Part shown: positions 51,815 to 64,000 of the stretch, one piece after another
Layout: each line of letters begins with the position of its first letter
How positions within the stretch are numbered: position 1 is the stretch's first letter
Source: Macrostomum lignano
Lineage: Eukaryota
DNA: 64,000 nucleotides
Assembly (NCBI GenBank): GCA_002269645.1
Contig: NIVC01000247.1
Location: 310,001-374,000 of the forward strand
Reading direction: 5' to 3'
Notes under the pieces: generated by a model
What the model was told of the DNA's origin: nothing
What the model saw: the letters and a program-made list of their open reading frames with translations, nothing else
The model's database searches: none
Made by a program: the position numbers and the translations under genes

Positions 51815-52908
51815 AACTCCCTAGGACGCAAGAGAACCTCTGATCAGACGGATCGTTTAAGAAGAGAAGAATAAAATTTATGAACGCAATGTCTGAGTCA
51901 AAGAAAAATTCTTCTACGATAAGAGGCTTTGAATCTTTTAAAGCAGTTTTGATTTCAAAGAGAATATCATATTACGTATCGATATCGATTTATATGATCA
52001 TGGCTTTTATGAAATTTCAGAAATTGAAACATCGCATACGCAAATGTATCAGATTTTACAGAACGCAGCGATATGACCGCTTCACCCAGCTTCTAAGCCG
52101 CATCTGCCTCAAAATCTGATCACTTTCCCCTTGCCTGGATTGAAACTGAGGGTGAGTGAGTGGAAACAGAGAGCAGAGAGCTCTGATGAGATGCGCCCGA
52201 GATTTATTCCCGATTTTGATTTTCAACTTTGGATCTCCATCAGCGGCCTCTGATCTCCTCTCCTCTCTCTCTCTCTCTCTCTCTCAATCAGTAGCTGAGC
52301 CATCAGCATGAGCAGCTGTGACAGCTGCACAATGGAAGGGTTGGCCGGGACGGCTTCCTGATTCTCTAAAAGCCAACAACGGCTTCTGTCGCAGCTGCGC
52401 CCCCCCCCCTCTACCCCGATCTTCGCTCCCCACTCTCGCCGCTCTTCCCTATCCGATAGCGTGGACGCTTCCTGCTTAAAATATGAGCCTTTTTTCAAAT
52501 TAAAAATACCATATCGTCAAAATCAGCTAGCGAGTATCGTTACTGCTAGGAGGCTATCGAGCTATCGACGCACCCCGCTGAGTGCTTGGGGGCTGGACTC
52601 GTACTCAACGTACTTTGTTATCCATCAGATATTTGCTTGCATATCTAGACCACCGCGCATCCACTGCTACTGCAGCGGAGCGCAAGAAGAGGGGAAGAAA
52701 ACTGAGAAGATCGGGGCAGTTGGGAGCAAAGATGGAAAGAAAGCCGGGTAAACAGAGAGAAGAGAAGAGACTGAGGTTTCAGTTCAGTGAAGGTAGGAGG
52801 CGATACTTCTCGTTTGAGTCCACAGCTGTACTTCGCCTAGTAAAAGGACTCATATCGATCAGCAGATGCTAAAAGAAATGTTTGGAAAGCCGGTTTAAGC
52901 GAACTCAC

Positions 52909-53117
52909 TGGCATGGTCTGGCTGCCGTGCAGATTGTTGATAGCACTCTGCGCCTCCAGGTGGTTGCCGTACTTGACGAACGCGCAGCCCTTGCTGGCCC
53001 CGTTCTGGTCCCGCAGAATGGTGCACTCCTCGATCTGACCGTACGGCTCGAATAGTCGCCGGACATCCTCCTCACTTTGCTGCTTGGACAGCATGCCAAC
53101 GAATAGTTTGCGATCGT
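52909..53117 (-). CDS. CELF4: CELF3-6, RRM2 exon
   Basis: [49 protein letters not shown]...LHGSQTMP|GTGAGT, 209 nt, phase 1-0. Confidence 0.93.
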
Positions 53118-56100
53118 CTGTGCAAGGACAACGGTTTGCGCAGTTTTTTTATAGTATGCGTTTGTAGCTTCCAAGCATATTTGACAGCGGCTTCATATGA
53201 CAGGTAAAAGTTTAAACTTCAAGGTACAGGTCCGAAGGACTTATCACTATTCTATTTTCTTATTGCTATTAATTCTCTGCATAATTTTCAGTAGTTGCAG
53301 TACTGCAGGTGCATTATACAATTTACACAAAAATTCGTGCAATATTAGACGCGTTTTCATAGTTTTCATCAAACATTAATGGGGCCGGGGTATCTGCAGT
53401 TGTGTGGGGCTTTTACTAGCCTAGTGTATTGAGGTGCGGCTGTTGAGATGCGCGCACATATTTTGAAAGCTATTGGAGTTGTTTAAAATTGCCTTGTTCA
53501 ATAACGATCTACTCACTCTAGTTGTCATCTCTGTCCATTTGCCTCAATCTGCTTTTAAAAGGTATAATTTCTTTAAAAGCTACATCCATTATTTTTTCAT
53601 TGAGTCTAAAAACCTTTTTGGCTTCAAAGCCTGTAAAAGGTGGGCTAATTAATTCTCAGCTTGCTCGATTTTCTTCAGCAGAAGTCCCAGAAGACGAAGC
53701 GGTGACAGGTGGTCTCGACAAGAGTCGAGACTCCGTCGCAGCCATATGACTCAGAGCGAATTAGCGAGGAGAAAGCCACTCTGGGGATGCAGAAGCCATG
53801 TGACTCGCAGCTGAGACAGACTCGATAATACCAACTCGAACCCTTGCAGAAGTGGAGCCGAAGAAACGAGTGACTCACAATTCTGTCCAGACGCCTCAAA
53901 AAGAAAATGCGACACGTCAGCGCGTGACACCCCGAGGTCGGACCGGGGCGGGTGGCTCTGCAGAGTCCGCTCTGGTTGCGTAACCCGAGCGGGGATGAAT
54001 GGGAAAAAGGAAGGCCCCCTTCCTCGCTGCAAGGGATATTTAGGTGGGAAGAGCGGAGAGGCAGGAACTACAAGTCCCAGTTGGATAAAATAATAGACTT
54101 CGAGCTGCATAGACAAAGAAATTGAGTCCAGAGAGCATTAATTACTCATTTATCTTTATTCGCATCGGGTTTAATCAGCAGGTAAAGACGGAATAAGCTA
54201 TCACGCGCATTAGGGGCACGGCCTGGGCGCGTTTTGTAGTGAAAATCCGGCTCTTTGCACTCACTGGCTCAACTCATGCGCTTTGATTCCGGGAAGGAAG
54301 ATAGAAGGGGCCGGAGATCAAAGCCCTTTGAAGCAGCTGCTCCGTATAAGAAGAAATGGAAAAAAACAAAGATAATGGAAAGTAGAAAATCACAGGCCTT
54401 TACCTGTGCCTATAAGGTGGGCTTGAATAAAAACTGCACAGACTTTACTCTTCGAACTCACCTTCGTGTCCTGGCAAATTTGCTAGCTGGTACTGGATCA
54501 ATTTCACTTGTCCAAATTGCAGTGCAAGCTCTGCGAGCCATCAAACAGCTTGCCATTGGGCGGATGCTGCTGCTGCTGAGGCTGCTGCTGCTGCTGCGGA
54601 ACCTGCTGAGCCTGGCATAGACCTCCAAAGTCAATCGCCTTGGGCATCACCTGAGCCATGCTCATGGCGTGCTCCGCAATCATCATCTGCTCTCTCTCTT
54701 ACTCTCTCTTACTCTCTCGATTGCAAGAACAAAACTTATTGATAAACGGCCTCTGTTATTGACCTTGTTCGACCTGGCTCTCTTGTTTAGCTCTCTCCTG
54801 TTTTGAGACTGATTGAAACGAGCGTTTTTTCGACAGGCTGGCTCTCTTACTCTGCAGTATATATCTGTTTCAACGCTTCGCTGACTTTTCTCGATTTTGC
54901 TGCTCAAGGTTTTGCGCTGAATTGTTGCCACAGTTCCTGGTTGGCCAGTGTGGGAAATTTTCCTAAAGCTGGGATCAGGAGGCAATCTTTCTCTCTCTCT
55001 TTCTCTCTGCTGCAAACAAAGAGAGAGGTGAGGTGTGACTAAGCCTCACTGCTCTTTCGCTTTTTTTCCTTTTTACGGAAATTTCTCTATTCGAAATTTA
55101 TTAGCCAGCGAAATAGCTGCAGGGCAATCGGTGCTTGACGAATTCGGGGTCAACTGGTGTGAGCGAGTCGAGACGCTCCCGGCCCTGTTCGAGTTTGTGT
55201 CCTTTTGCTGGCCAGCTATCCACCACGCAGCAGGGCAGGCAGTCTTCCTTTGTATCCAAGAAAAAAATGCTGCTCCCGAGTCAGCTAGGCTTTGTCTCGC
55301 TTGCTCGGCTATTTACAGACCGAGTGAGCGGTGGCAACCCCAGTTAAAGGCCGAGGGGGTTGTGGGGTGGGCGAATCCGTGTGGGGAGTCTGCGCTGCTC
55401 AGCATTGCTTATATCTTGGCTGGTGAGCAGAGAGAGGATGTGGAGGCTGCGGGCAGAGATGAGGGGGGCTGTGGGGCAGAGGGGAGACAGGGGAGGCCAG
55501 TGAGCGCGAACGACCTCCCCCGAATCAATAGAAGTTCCCCAGATCCCTTACTATGAATAAGCCTGGGTGCGCCAGCCACTCCATCTTCTATGCCATGGGG
55601 CCGGGGATTGTGGGGACTGGCTGAGCACCTATCGCGAGCTTTTCCCTGCCCCTCTGTCCCCATCTCCCCCTCCTGGCTTGCGTGCGCGAGGGTTTGGGAC
55701 GGATCTGGATGCTGGATTGAGCACTGCTCAAGCCACTCCGTCTCTGCCCGACCCCACCCTCGACAGCGAGAGATTCGCCAGGCTTTCTCGCTAACAGCGG
55801 TAGGGAAGAGAAGAAGAAAGCCAGACTTCGCTTCCATCACTGTCCATTCTCCCTATTTTGAGACGATAATGTCCCCCCCATGCCTGCATCAACCTTTTAC
55901 TTGCACGGCCAACCTCGAACCGGAGCTGCCCCGTGTTGCTTCTCTTCGTTTTTCTGCCTCCCATGCAACTCTCGTCTGCAATTTCTTATCTTGCTGCTCA
56001 TATTCGTCTCGAGTCGCTCAGCCTCCCCGGAGCTCCTTCATCTTAGCTTTTTACTTTTGAGCTCATCTCTGATCACGATGAGTCCACTGTCTCGTGATGC

Positions 56101-56698
56101 AAAGCCAGAAAACTTTTTTGAATAAAACATAGCTTCTAATTAGAGTTTCATTAATTTCAAACAAAGCTTAGCATGAGCTGGTATCACGATCCCCTTTTAA
56201 CCAAGCGAAGCTCAAATTTTGCCCCCCCCCCGGTTTTCTTCGGTTTTTACAGCACCGAGGATTCGAGCTCGCTGCAGATGGAGTTTTTCAAACTTCCCCG
56301 ACCTAGCTCGTAGCTTGCAGCAGTGGCTGAGAGAGTCTATCCAAGCCTGTTCCGCTACTTCTTTGATGCCTTCTGCTTTTTCTCCGAGCAGGCGACACAT
56401 ACGAATTAGGAGCCGAGAGCGACTCATAGGAAGAGAAGAAAATGCGGGCAGGAAACTAGGGAAGACAGCAGATATTCTCTTTGCAGATGGGCACTAATCC
56501 ACTCTTCTGCCCATCCGCCGTCTGTCTCCCCTTCCGACCCTCTCCCCTTCCGGGGTTGGCTCTGATTCATGTGAATCGCACGACAACTTTCCGGCCAATT
56601 ATTTTTGAGCACAAGCTACTGGCTAATGTGCCATGGCTAATCTGCTAACCTGCGCCTCTAACGCCTCCTTAGTCATCGTTAATTACAGCAATTATAAT

Positions 56699-56845
56699 TA
56701 ATGCTGGCACCCATTCTACTGCTGGGGGAACTGAAGCAATTCAGAGTTAAGAGTCTTGCTCAATGACACAAATTGTTCCAGTGGGATCGGGAATCGAACA
56801 CCCGACCTTTCGGTCTTGAGCCCGACGCTCTAACCATTAGTCTAC
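56699..56845 (-). mobile_element. tRNA-derived SINE, copy 2 (CELF intron)
   Basis: Colinear with 51668-51814, with A/B boxes and the same tail. Confidence 0.75.
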
Positions 56846-57463
56846 TCTATAACCAATGACAGTTAATCTTCCACAAGCCCTGATAGTCCTGCAGTTTCGT
56901 TCCCAACCAACTTTCAAAACAAGCAAACATAGAGCAAAAGCCAGAACTTTTGGATGGCCTCGAAGTGCCACTAAGCTGGAGTGCCGACTGCATTTCAGAG
57001 AATTTCGAATCGAAAATTTTGAGTCCTTCAGTTTTTCTCTTGAAATCGAGGATATTTTTTTCTAATTTCAGGACAATGAAACGCTCACAATAGCTAATAT
57101 GAAGCGAGAGAGTGCTATTATACCTAAAATGACTTTTTTGTTTTTTTGCGTCATTAACAAAGCAACGCGGGTGCTTGGTCGATGAGAGACTATTTCTCAT
57201 AATCATTTTCATGATAATTTAAGCATAGCCTAAAACTAGTCACACAGAATCTCCCCTCCAATGTCTTTGTTAAATAAATATCAGTAAGCCGTTACTTGCG
57301 CTTTGAAAGAAGCTACGAGCTATTTTATAACTGTTATAACTGTTAAGAATATACGAGCCATACCGATAATATACCGATAATTTGTCGGTGGGAGGGCCTT
57401 CTACTTGAGTTTCCCATGCTTAGAAGCCGCTATATTACAAACAAAATCGAAGCCAAAACTCAC

Positions 57464-57512
57464 CAGAACGAGGCTCGCTATCGGCCGGCTTCACCTGCAG
57501 GGGGCGGGCCAT
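57464..57512 (-). CDS. CELF4: CELF3-6, 49-nt exon at the end of RRM1 (MARPLQVKPADSEPRS)
   Basis: gatttcag| acceptor, G|GTGAGT donor, phase 0-1. Matches the conserved MNRPIQVKPADSE segment. Confidence 0.88.
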
Positions 57513-59716
57513 CTGAAATCGGGGATTCCAGTTTTTTTTTTACAATTCGTTTAGCATTCTACAACACACTCGTGCACGACAAAGCATCAAAGAAGATTTT
57601 GACAATCGCCACTAGGGTTGAGCACTTTCTTTATCCGTGCAGCAAACTGAAAACTGTCTCTCACACTGGCTAACAACATGCTGCCGTTACCGCCACCGCC
57701 GACGCTGCTGCCTCCAACACCTGCGCTGCCGCCGCCGCCGAGGTAGCAGGAGCCCCTGGCAGCTGGCGAGAGCAGCAGGCTGTAGGCCGACTCCAACTGC
57801 AAGTCCGTCTTGCTGCCGCTCTGCTTTCAATGCTGCTACTAAAAGAGCTTCGATCTCCCGACTCGTCGTCGACAGCAACAACGAAAATCTGGATGCCTCT
57901 CCGAGTTTAGCTTGGCTCTGTTGCTCTTCCCTCAGAAAGTCTGGCGCGCGACTCAAGCAAGCAGACCCTGCCACCCAGAATCCTTTTGTCACCCCGGCTG
58001 ACAGGGTGGGGGCAAAGGGAATGATGGAGAATGACGGGCCGGATTGGCGAGGGGGCTGCTAACAAAGCGAGCTGCTATGAGCTGGGAAAGAGACGCGGAG
58101 CGGATGAACGGTGAGTCTGGATACTGATGGCGGCGCTGCAGGGGGGCGGTTGGCTGTGGGGATTCTGGACAGACGATTGGGTGCTGGGACGAGGATAAGG
58201 GGTTGATGGAATTGAGACGCTGTGAGCAGTGCAACAGGCCTCAGCGGTATCCAAGATGGCAGGGGTTGAGGCGGCTTGTGTGTGCCCTGAGGTAGAATTT
58301 GAGTCGGCAGCTTTGGGGTAGCGACCTGATACGGGGCCGGATCTTTTTAGCTTCTTGTGCGAGAAATAAGAGGGGCATGAGGCAGGGCACGGCAAACTGC
58401 GGGGTGAGGGGCGGGAAGAGGAAGAGCCAGCGACTCAAAATTCTGTGGCGTTGAACAGAGAAAGTAGAGAGAGGCAGTGAGGAGAAGAGAGAGAGCAGCT
58501 GCCGTTGCTTTTTTCCTTTTTACTTTTTTGGTCCACACCCAACCGAGCATCAGGTCTGAGACGTGCTGCATTTATCCCAAAGCTCCCGGGCTGTGGACTG
58601 GCCCGTATCCTTTTCCTCTTAATGCCCCGAGAGCTCCTCCCGGCCCCCAGCCCTCCATCCGTTCATTGCCCCTCGGGTGGCTTCTTCCGCGCACTCAGCA
58701 AGCGAGGCTTTGAGAGCGCGGCTAAGAAGAGGGCCTCCCTGCCAATGCTTTTTGTTCAGGGACAGCTGCTTACTGAGAATATTGTAGCAGCAGCCAGTCG
58801 CTCATTTACCTTCGATATTGCCTCTCCACACAGCCCCCCTCGCTTGTTTTCCCCTCTCCATCATCCATCCTTTTTAATTCTGCAACCCCGTCGCTCAGAT
58901 TGATAGCAGCTGCGCACCTGCTCTCACATCCTGCTCTATCTTGATAGTGCAATATGCAGTTTTCTAATATTTCACAAGCATGTATGAATTTCCAGTGAGA
59001 ATCCCAGTTTCCCTCTATCTAGCCTCTGCCGGAGAACAGACTCTTGCTGGGACGGACGTTCGGACGTTTCCAGCGCGTATTTTGCTGACCTCGGAGCAAA
59101 TCGCAGAAAAAGAAGGCAAACAACCCGTGGCTGTTGCTGGCGATAAGATCTGCCCCCCCCCACACACAGAGAGAGAGAGAGAGGATACAGATATAAAGAT
59201 GAAGGAATAACGGAACTAGTGTGAGAACCGCGTCAGGCCAAGATACGGAGAAACGGCTTGGCCATTGGGGAGTTACATGCATGCTGGCGGGAAATGTGCC
59301 GGTGCGAGATCAGGCTGCCCAAGGCCCAAGCTTAACTCCGACTGGCAGCTGTGGGGATCGCGGAAGGTGGTTCAGCAGCAGCGGCTTATCTCCCCTCTCG
59401 GTCCTGCCCTCCTCATCCTCCTCTCCTCCTCCTCCGTGAGCCGCACCTGTATACACACGAGCCTGTTCTCCTCCATCCCTGTCTCGTGTTCTCAAGCTCT
59501 GAGTCAGCCCTGCATGTCTAGCAAGGTAATATCAAGCACGTGAGGAATAATTTCTTTCATTCCCCCCCTTCTTCCTGTTGCTATGGGGCTTAAGGGGAAT
59601 CGACGGAGTACTGCATCGTAGCTGCGGGCTCGCTGGTAACAGGTTTTCCTGTCACTACTTTTATCACCTGCTTGTCACCTGCTTTAATCACTACTACTGC
59701 TGTCCCTACTACCTAC

Positions 59717-61216
<1,500 letters not shown>

Positions 61217-62079
61217 GAAAGCAGTAGTGTGAAAAGAACAGCGAAATTCCGTCAGCAAAGAAACCATTTTTTCAGCCACAGTCGGCACGGATTTGAAATT
61301 TCACGCCAGCTCGGGACCAGCCGGAGCCCCAGTGCGATCTCCATTTCCATTTTCTCGCTCGGCTCGGCGTGGGCAATCCGATTACCGGCTGAGGGGGGCG
61401 TCCGAGGCCCCCCAGAGGGCCGGCCGCCCGCGCGGGGCTATTCGAGTAATTTCATTTTTTTGTTCAACTTCTCTGCCCCATTCAAGCCGACAACGGCACC
61501 TTCCCTGGTTGCCATCCGAGCTCATTTTGCATATTCTACTTCTTTTTTTGCGCCTCTCAGCCATTCTCCTGGGGAGTTTTCACGGCCTACATGTAATTTT
61601 TTTCATGATACAATGATCTGCCGAATAGTGGCGAACTTTTCTGTTGTATAGTTTTGTTTAAATTAGAACAGAATTTCCCCGCAGTTTTACTGCTAGTAGT
61701 GCAGTTGGATAACAAGTGCTACGATAGATAACCACCCGCTTGCTACAAAGGCGTTTTTACGCTCCTGTATCGTGCTTTTTTGAGTGCCAATTTAAATGCG
61801 AGTGCATCCAGTGCCATTTGTCAATAAGCTGAAGCTTGCAGTCTGCCGTAACGTTCCAGTATCGCTTCGTTCTTTGTAGATAAAATCGCTTTTGAACAAT
61901 TACCCACCTACGCAATTTGATTCAATGCCCAAATATAGAAGTCAAAACCGCAGTCACGAAATCGGCTGCCAATAATTGACTCTTGATTCTGCATCTATAT
62001 ATTTTCCGCCTCATTATCCGCTATAAAATCCGCCAGTAAATACCCCCCTAATTTCGCTCGTAAATCAATCCCTAAATTC

Positions 62080-62450
62080 ACCTGTTAATTCGCCCCTGAA
62101 TCCGCGCCTAAATCAGCCCCTAAATCCACCCTAAATCCACCCCTAAATCCGTTCCTAAATCCATCCCGAAATCCGCCCTTAAATCCATCCTCTGCCCCCC
62201 TAAAGCCGCCCCTAAATCCAACATCTGCCCCCCAAATGCATCTCCCTATATCCGTCCCCTAAATATATCTCTAAATCAGCCCTGAATCAGCCCTGAATCA
62301 GCCCTTAATCTGCCCCTGAATCAGCCCTGAATCAGCCCTTAATCTGCCCCTGAATCAGCCCTGAATCAGCCCTGAATCAGCTCTGAATCAGCCCTTAATC
62401 TGCCCCTAAATCAGCCCTAAATGCAGCCCTGAATCCATCCCTAAAACACG
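62080..62450. repeat. Degenerate 9-11-bp C-rich repeat (ccctgaatcag / ccctaaatc)
   Basis: Direct inspection. Confidence 0.8.
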
Positions 62451-62481
62451 CCCCAAATCGCCACAAGCAGCCGCTGCTCAC

Positions 62482-62564
62482 CCCGGGCAGGGTTCGCTTC
62501 TCATGCAGGCCGCCCTGGCACCTGATGGCCGACTCTCTCTGCAGGTAGGTGAGGAATGCACAGC
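62482..62564 (-). CDS. CELF4: CELF3-6/Bruno-like, RRM1 second-half exon (not in the ORF track)
   Basis: tttttctccattgcag|GC TGT GCA TTC...: [28 protein letters not shown]|GTGAGC. The symbol denotes the CELF3-6 subfamily, not proven orthology. Confidence 0.88.
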
Positions 62565-63084
62565 CTGCAATGGAGAAAAATAAACGAGACTTCAGACACT
62601 TTCAATTGGATCTTCAGCAACTTGCTGAAACAAGGTAAAAAGCAGAAAAATTTCAAAGCAGAAACGCTATTTTGAATTTCCAGAGTCCCCCCGCACCGAT
62701 CAATTGTTTTGCTTTTCCGAGACGTTTTTTTTCCTGAGACTGCAGCTGCATTGTTGCGCTACGGGCCTGGCTTGAAAGCGAAGTAGTTTTTTCATAGAAA
62801 AATACCCGATCCGCTGGGGACTGCAGAGAGGATACACAAAGGGCCAAGGGAAATCGAAGAACAGCCTCTGAGGCTGACAAAGCAAATGAGAGAGGCAAAT
62901 GCTTCGCTTTCATTATTTCTACTAATAGAAACCAATTGAAGCGTTGAAGCTCTAAATGGTGGGAGTGGGGCGAAATTCTGCTACTGACTGCACTGCCGCT
63001 TGCTGCCTCTGCTCCTGGAACAGACGATTTAACAACCGTAATGCAACTCTTGTTTGAACTGCTCACTCTAAATCTCTGTGCCAC

Positions 63085-64000
63085 TCTCTCCCTTATCTCT
63101 TCACTCTCTCCATCTCACCCATCCATCTCACTCTCCCTCTCACTCAATCTCACTCTCCCTCTCACTCCATCTCACTCTCTCTCTCACTCTATCTCATTCT
63201 CCCTCTCACTCCATCTCACTCTCCCTCTCACTCCCTCTCACTCTCCGTCTCGCTCCATCTCACTCTCCCTCTCGCTCCATCTCACTCTCCCTCTCACTCC
63301 CTCTCACTCTTCCTCTCGCTCCATCTCACTCTCCCTCTCGCTCCATCTCAGTCTCCCTCTCACTCTATCTCATTCTCCCTCTCATTCCATCTCACTCTCC
63401 CTCTCACTCCCTCTCACTCTTCCTCTCACTCCATCTCACTCTCCCTCTCACTCCATCTCACTCTTCCTCTCACTCCCTCTCACTCTCCCTCTCGCTCCAT
63501 CTCACTCTCCCTCTCACTCCATCTCACTCTCCCTCTCACTCCATCTCACTCTCTCTCTCACTCTATCTCATTCTCCCTCTCACTCCATCTCACTCTCCCT
63601 CTCACTCCCTCTCACTCTTCCTCTCGCTCCATCTCACTCTCCCTCTCGCTCCATCTCAGTCTCCCTCTCACTCTATCTCATTCTCCCTCTTACTCCATCT
63701 CACTCTCTCTCTCACTCTATCTCATTCTCCCTCTCACTCCATCTCACTCTCCCTCTCACTCCCTCTCACTCTCCCTCTCGCTCCATCTCACTCTCCCTCT
63801 CGCTCCATCTCACTCTCCCTCTCGCTCCATCTCACTCTCCCTCTCACTCCATCTCACTCTCCCTCTCACTCCATCTCACTCTCCATCTCACCCATCCATC
63901 TCACTCTCCCTCTCACTCAATCTCACGCTCCTTCTCGCTCCATCTCACTCTCCCTCTCGCTCCCTCTCATTCTCCCTCTCACTCCATCTCACTCTCCCTC
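63085..64000. repeat. About 22-bp pyrimidine repeat (ctcactctccctctcactccat)
   Basis: Runs to the window end. Confidence 0.95.

Noticed and set aside
56780-56845. tRNA gene (CAA anticodon-like loop)
   Set aside because: No proper acceptor stem and followed by a shared SINE tail; it is a SINE head, not a tRNA gene.
57587-57992. Gly-rich minus-strand ORFs upstream of the 49-nt CELF exon as an alternative first exon
   Set aside because: Only a weak donor (AGT|GTGAGA) and no convincing ATG; cannot be supported without transcripts.

Overview
Animal (spliceosomal GT-AG) genomic DNA with very dense simple repeats. The minisatellite load and Ala/Gln/Ser-rich exons suggest a flatworm such as Macrostomum; this is an inference and was not verified. 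All four main genes are on the minus strand. (1) Two tandem paralogs, A (<1-5691) and B (13135-21351), look in the ORF track like separate ankyrin and Mab-21 ORFs. Splice-site and phase analysis joins them into one 4-exon gene per copy. Each has a single large exon with 25 (A) or about 35 (B) near-identical 99-bp/33-aa ankyrin-like cassettes, variable at a few helix-face positions, plus canonical ankyrin repeats. This is followed by a 54-nt linker exon, a nucleotidyltransferase exon (GS...DSDID) and a Mab-21/cGAS-like exon, giving an ankyrin-array cGAS-like receptor (cGLR) of about 1990 aa in B. This variable-sensor cGLR cluster is the most interesting system in the window. (2) A GAS2-family gene (CH + GAR domains, 30627 to about 41 kb). 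(3) A CELF3-6/Bruno-like RNA-binding gene (49058 to >62564, 5' end outside the window). Also present: a dead D,D34D mariner, a Penelope-like relic, tRNA-derived SINEs, an orphan PAN/apple-like exon and more than 25 tandem repeat arrays. Exon boundaries were read by eye; no database searches were run.
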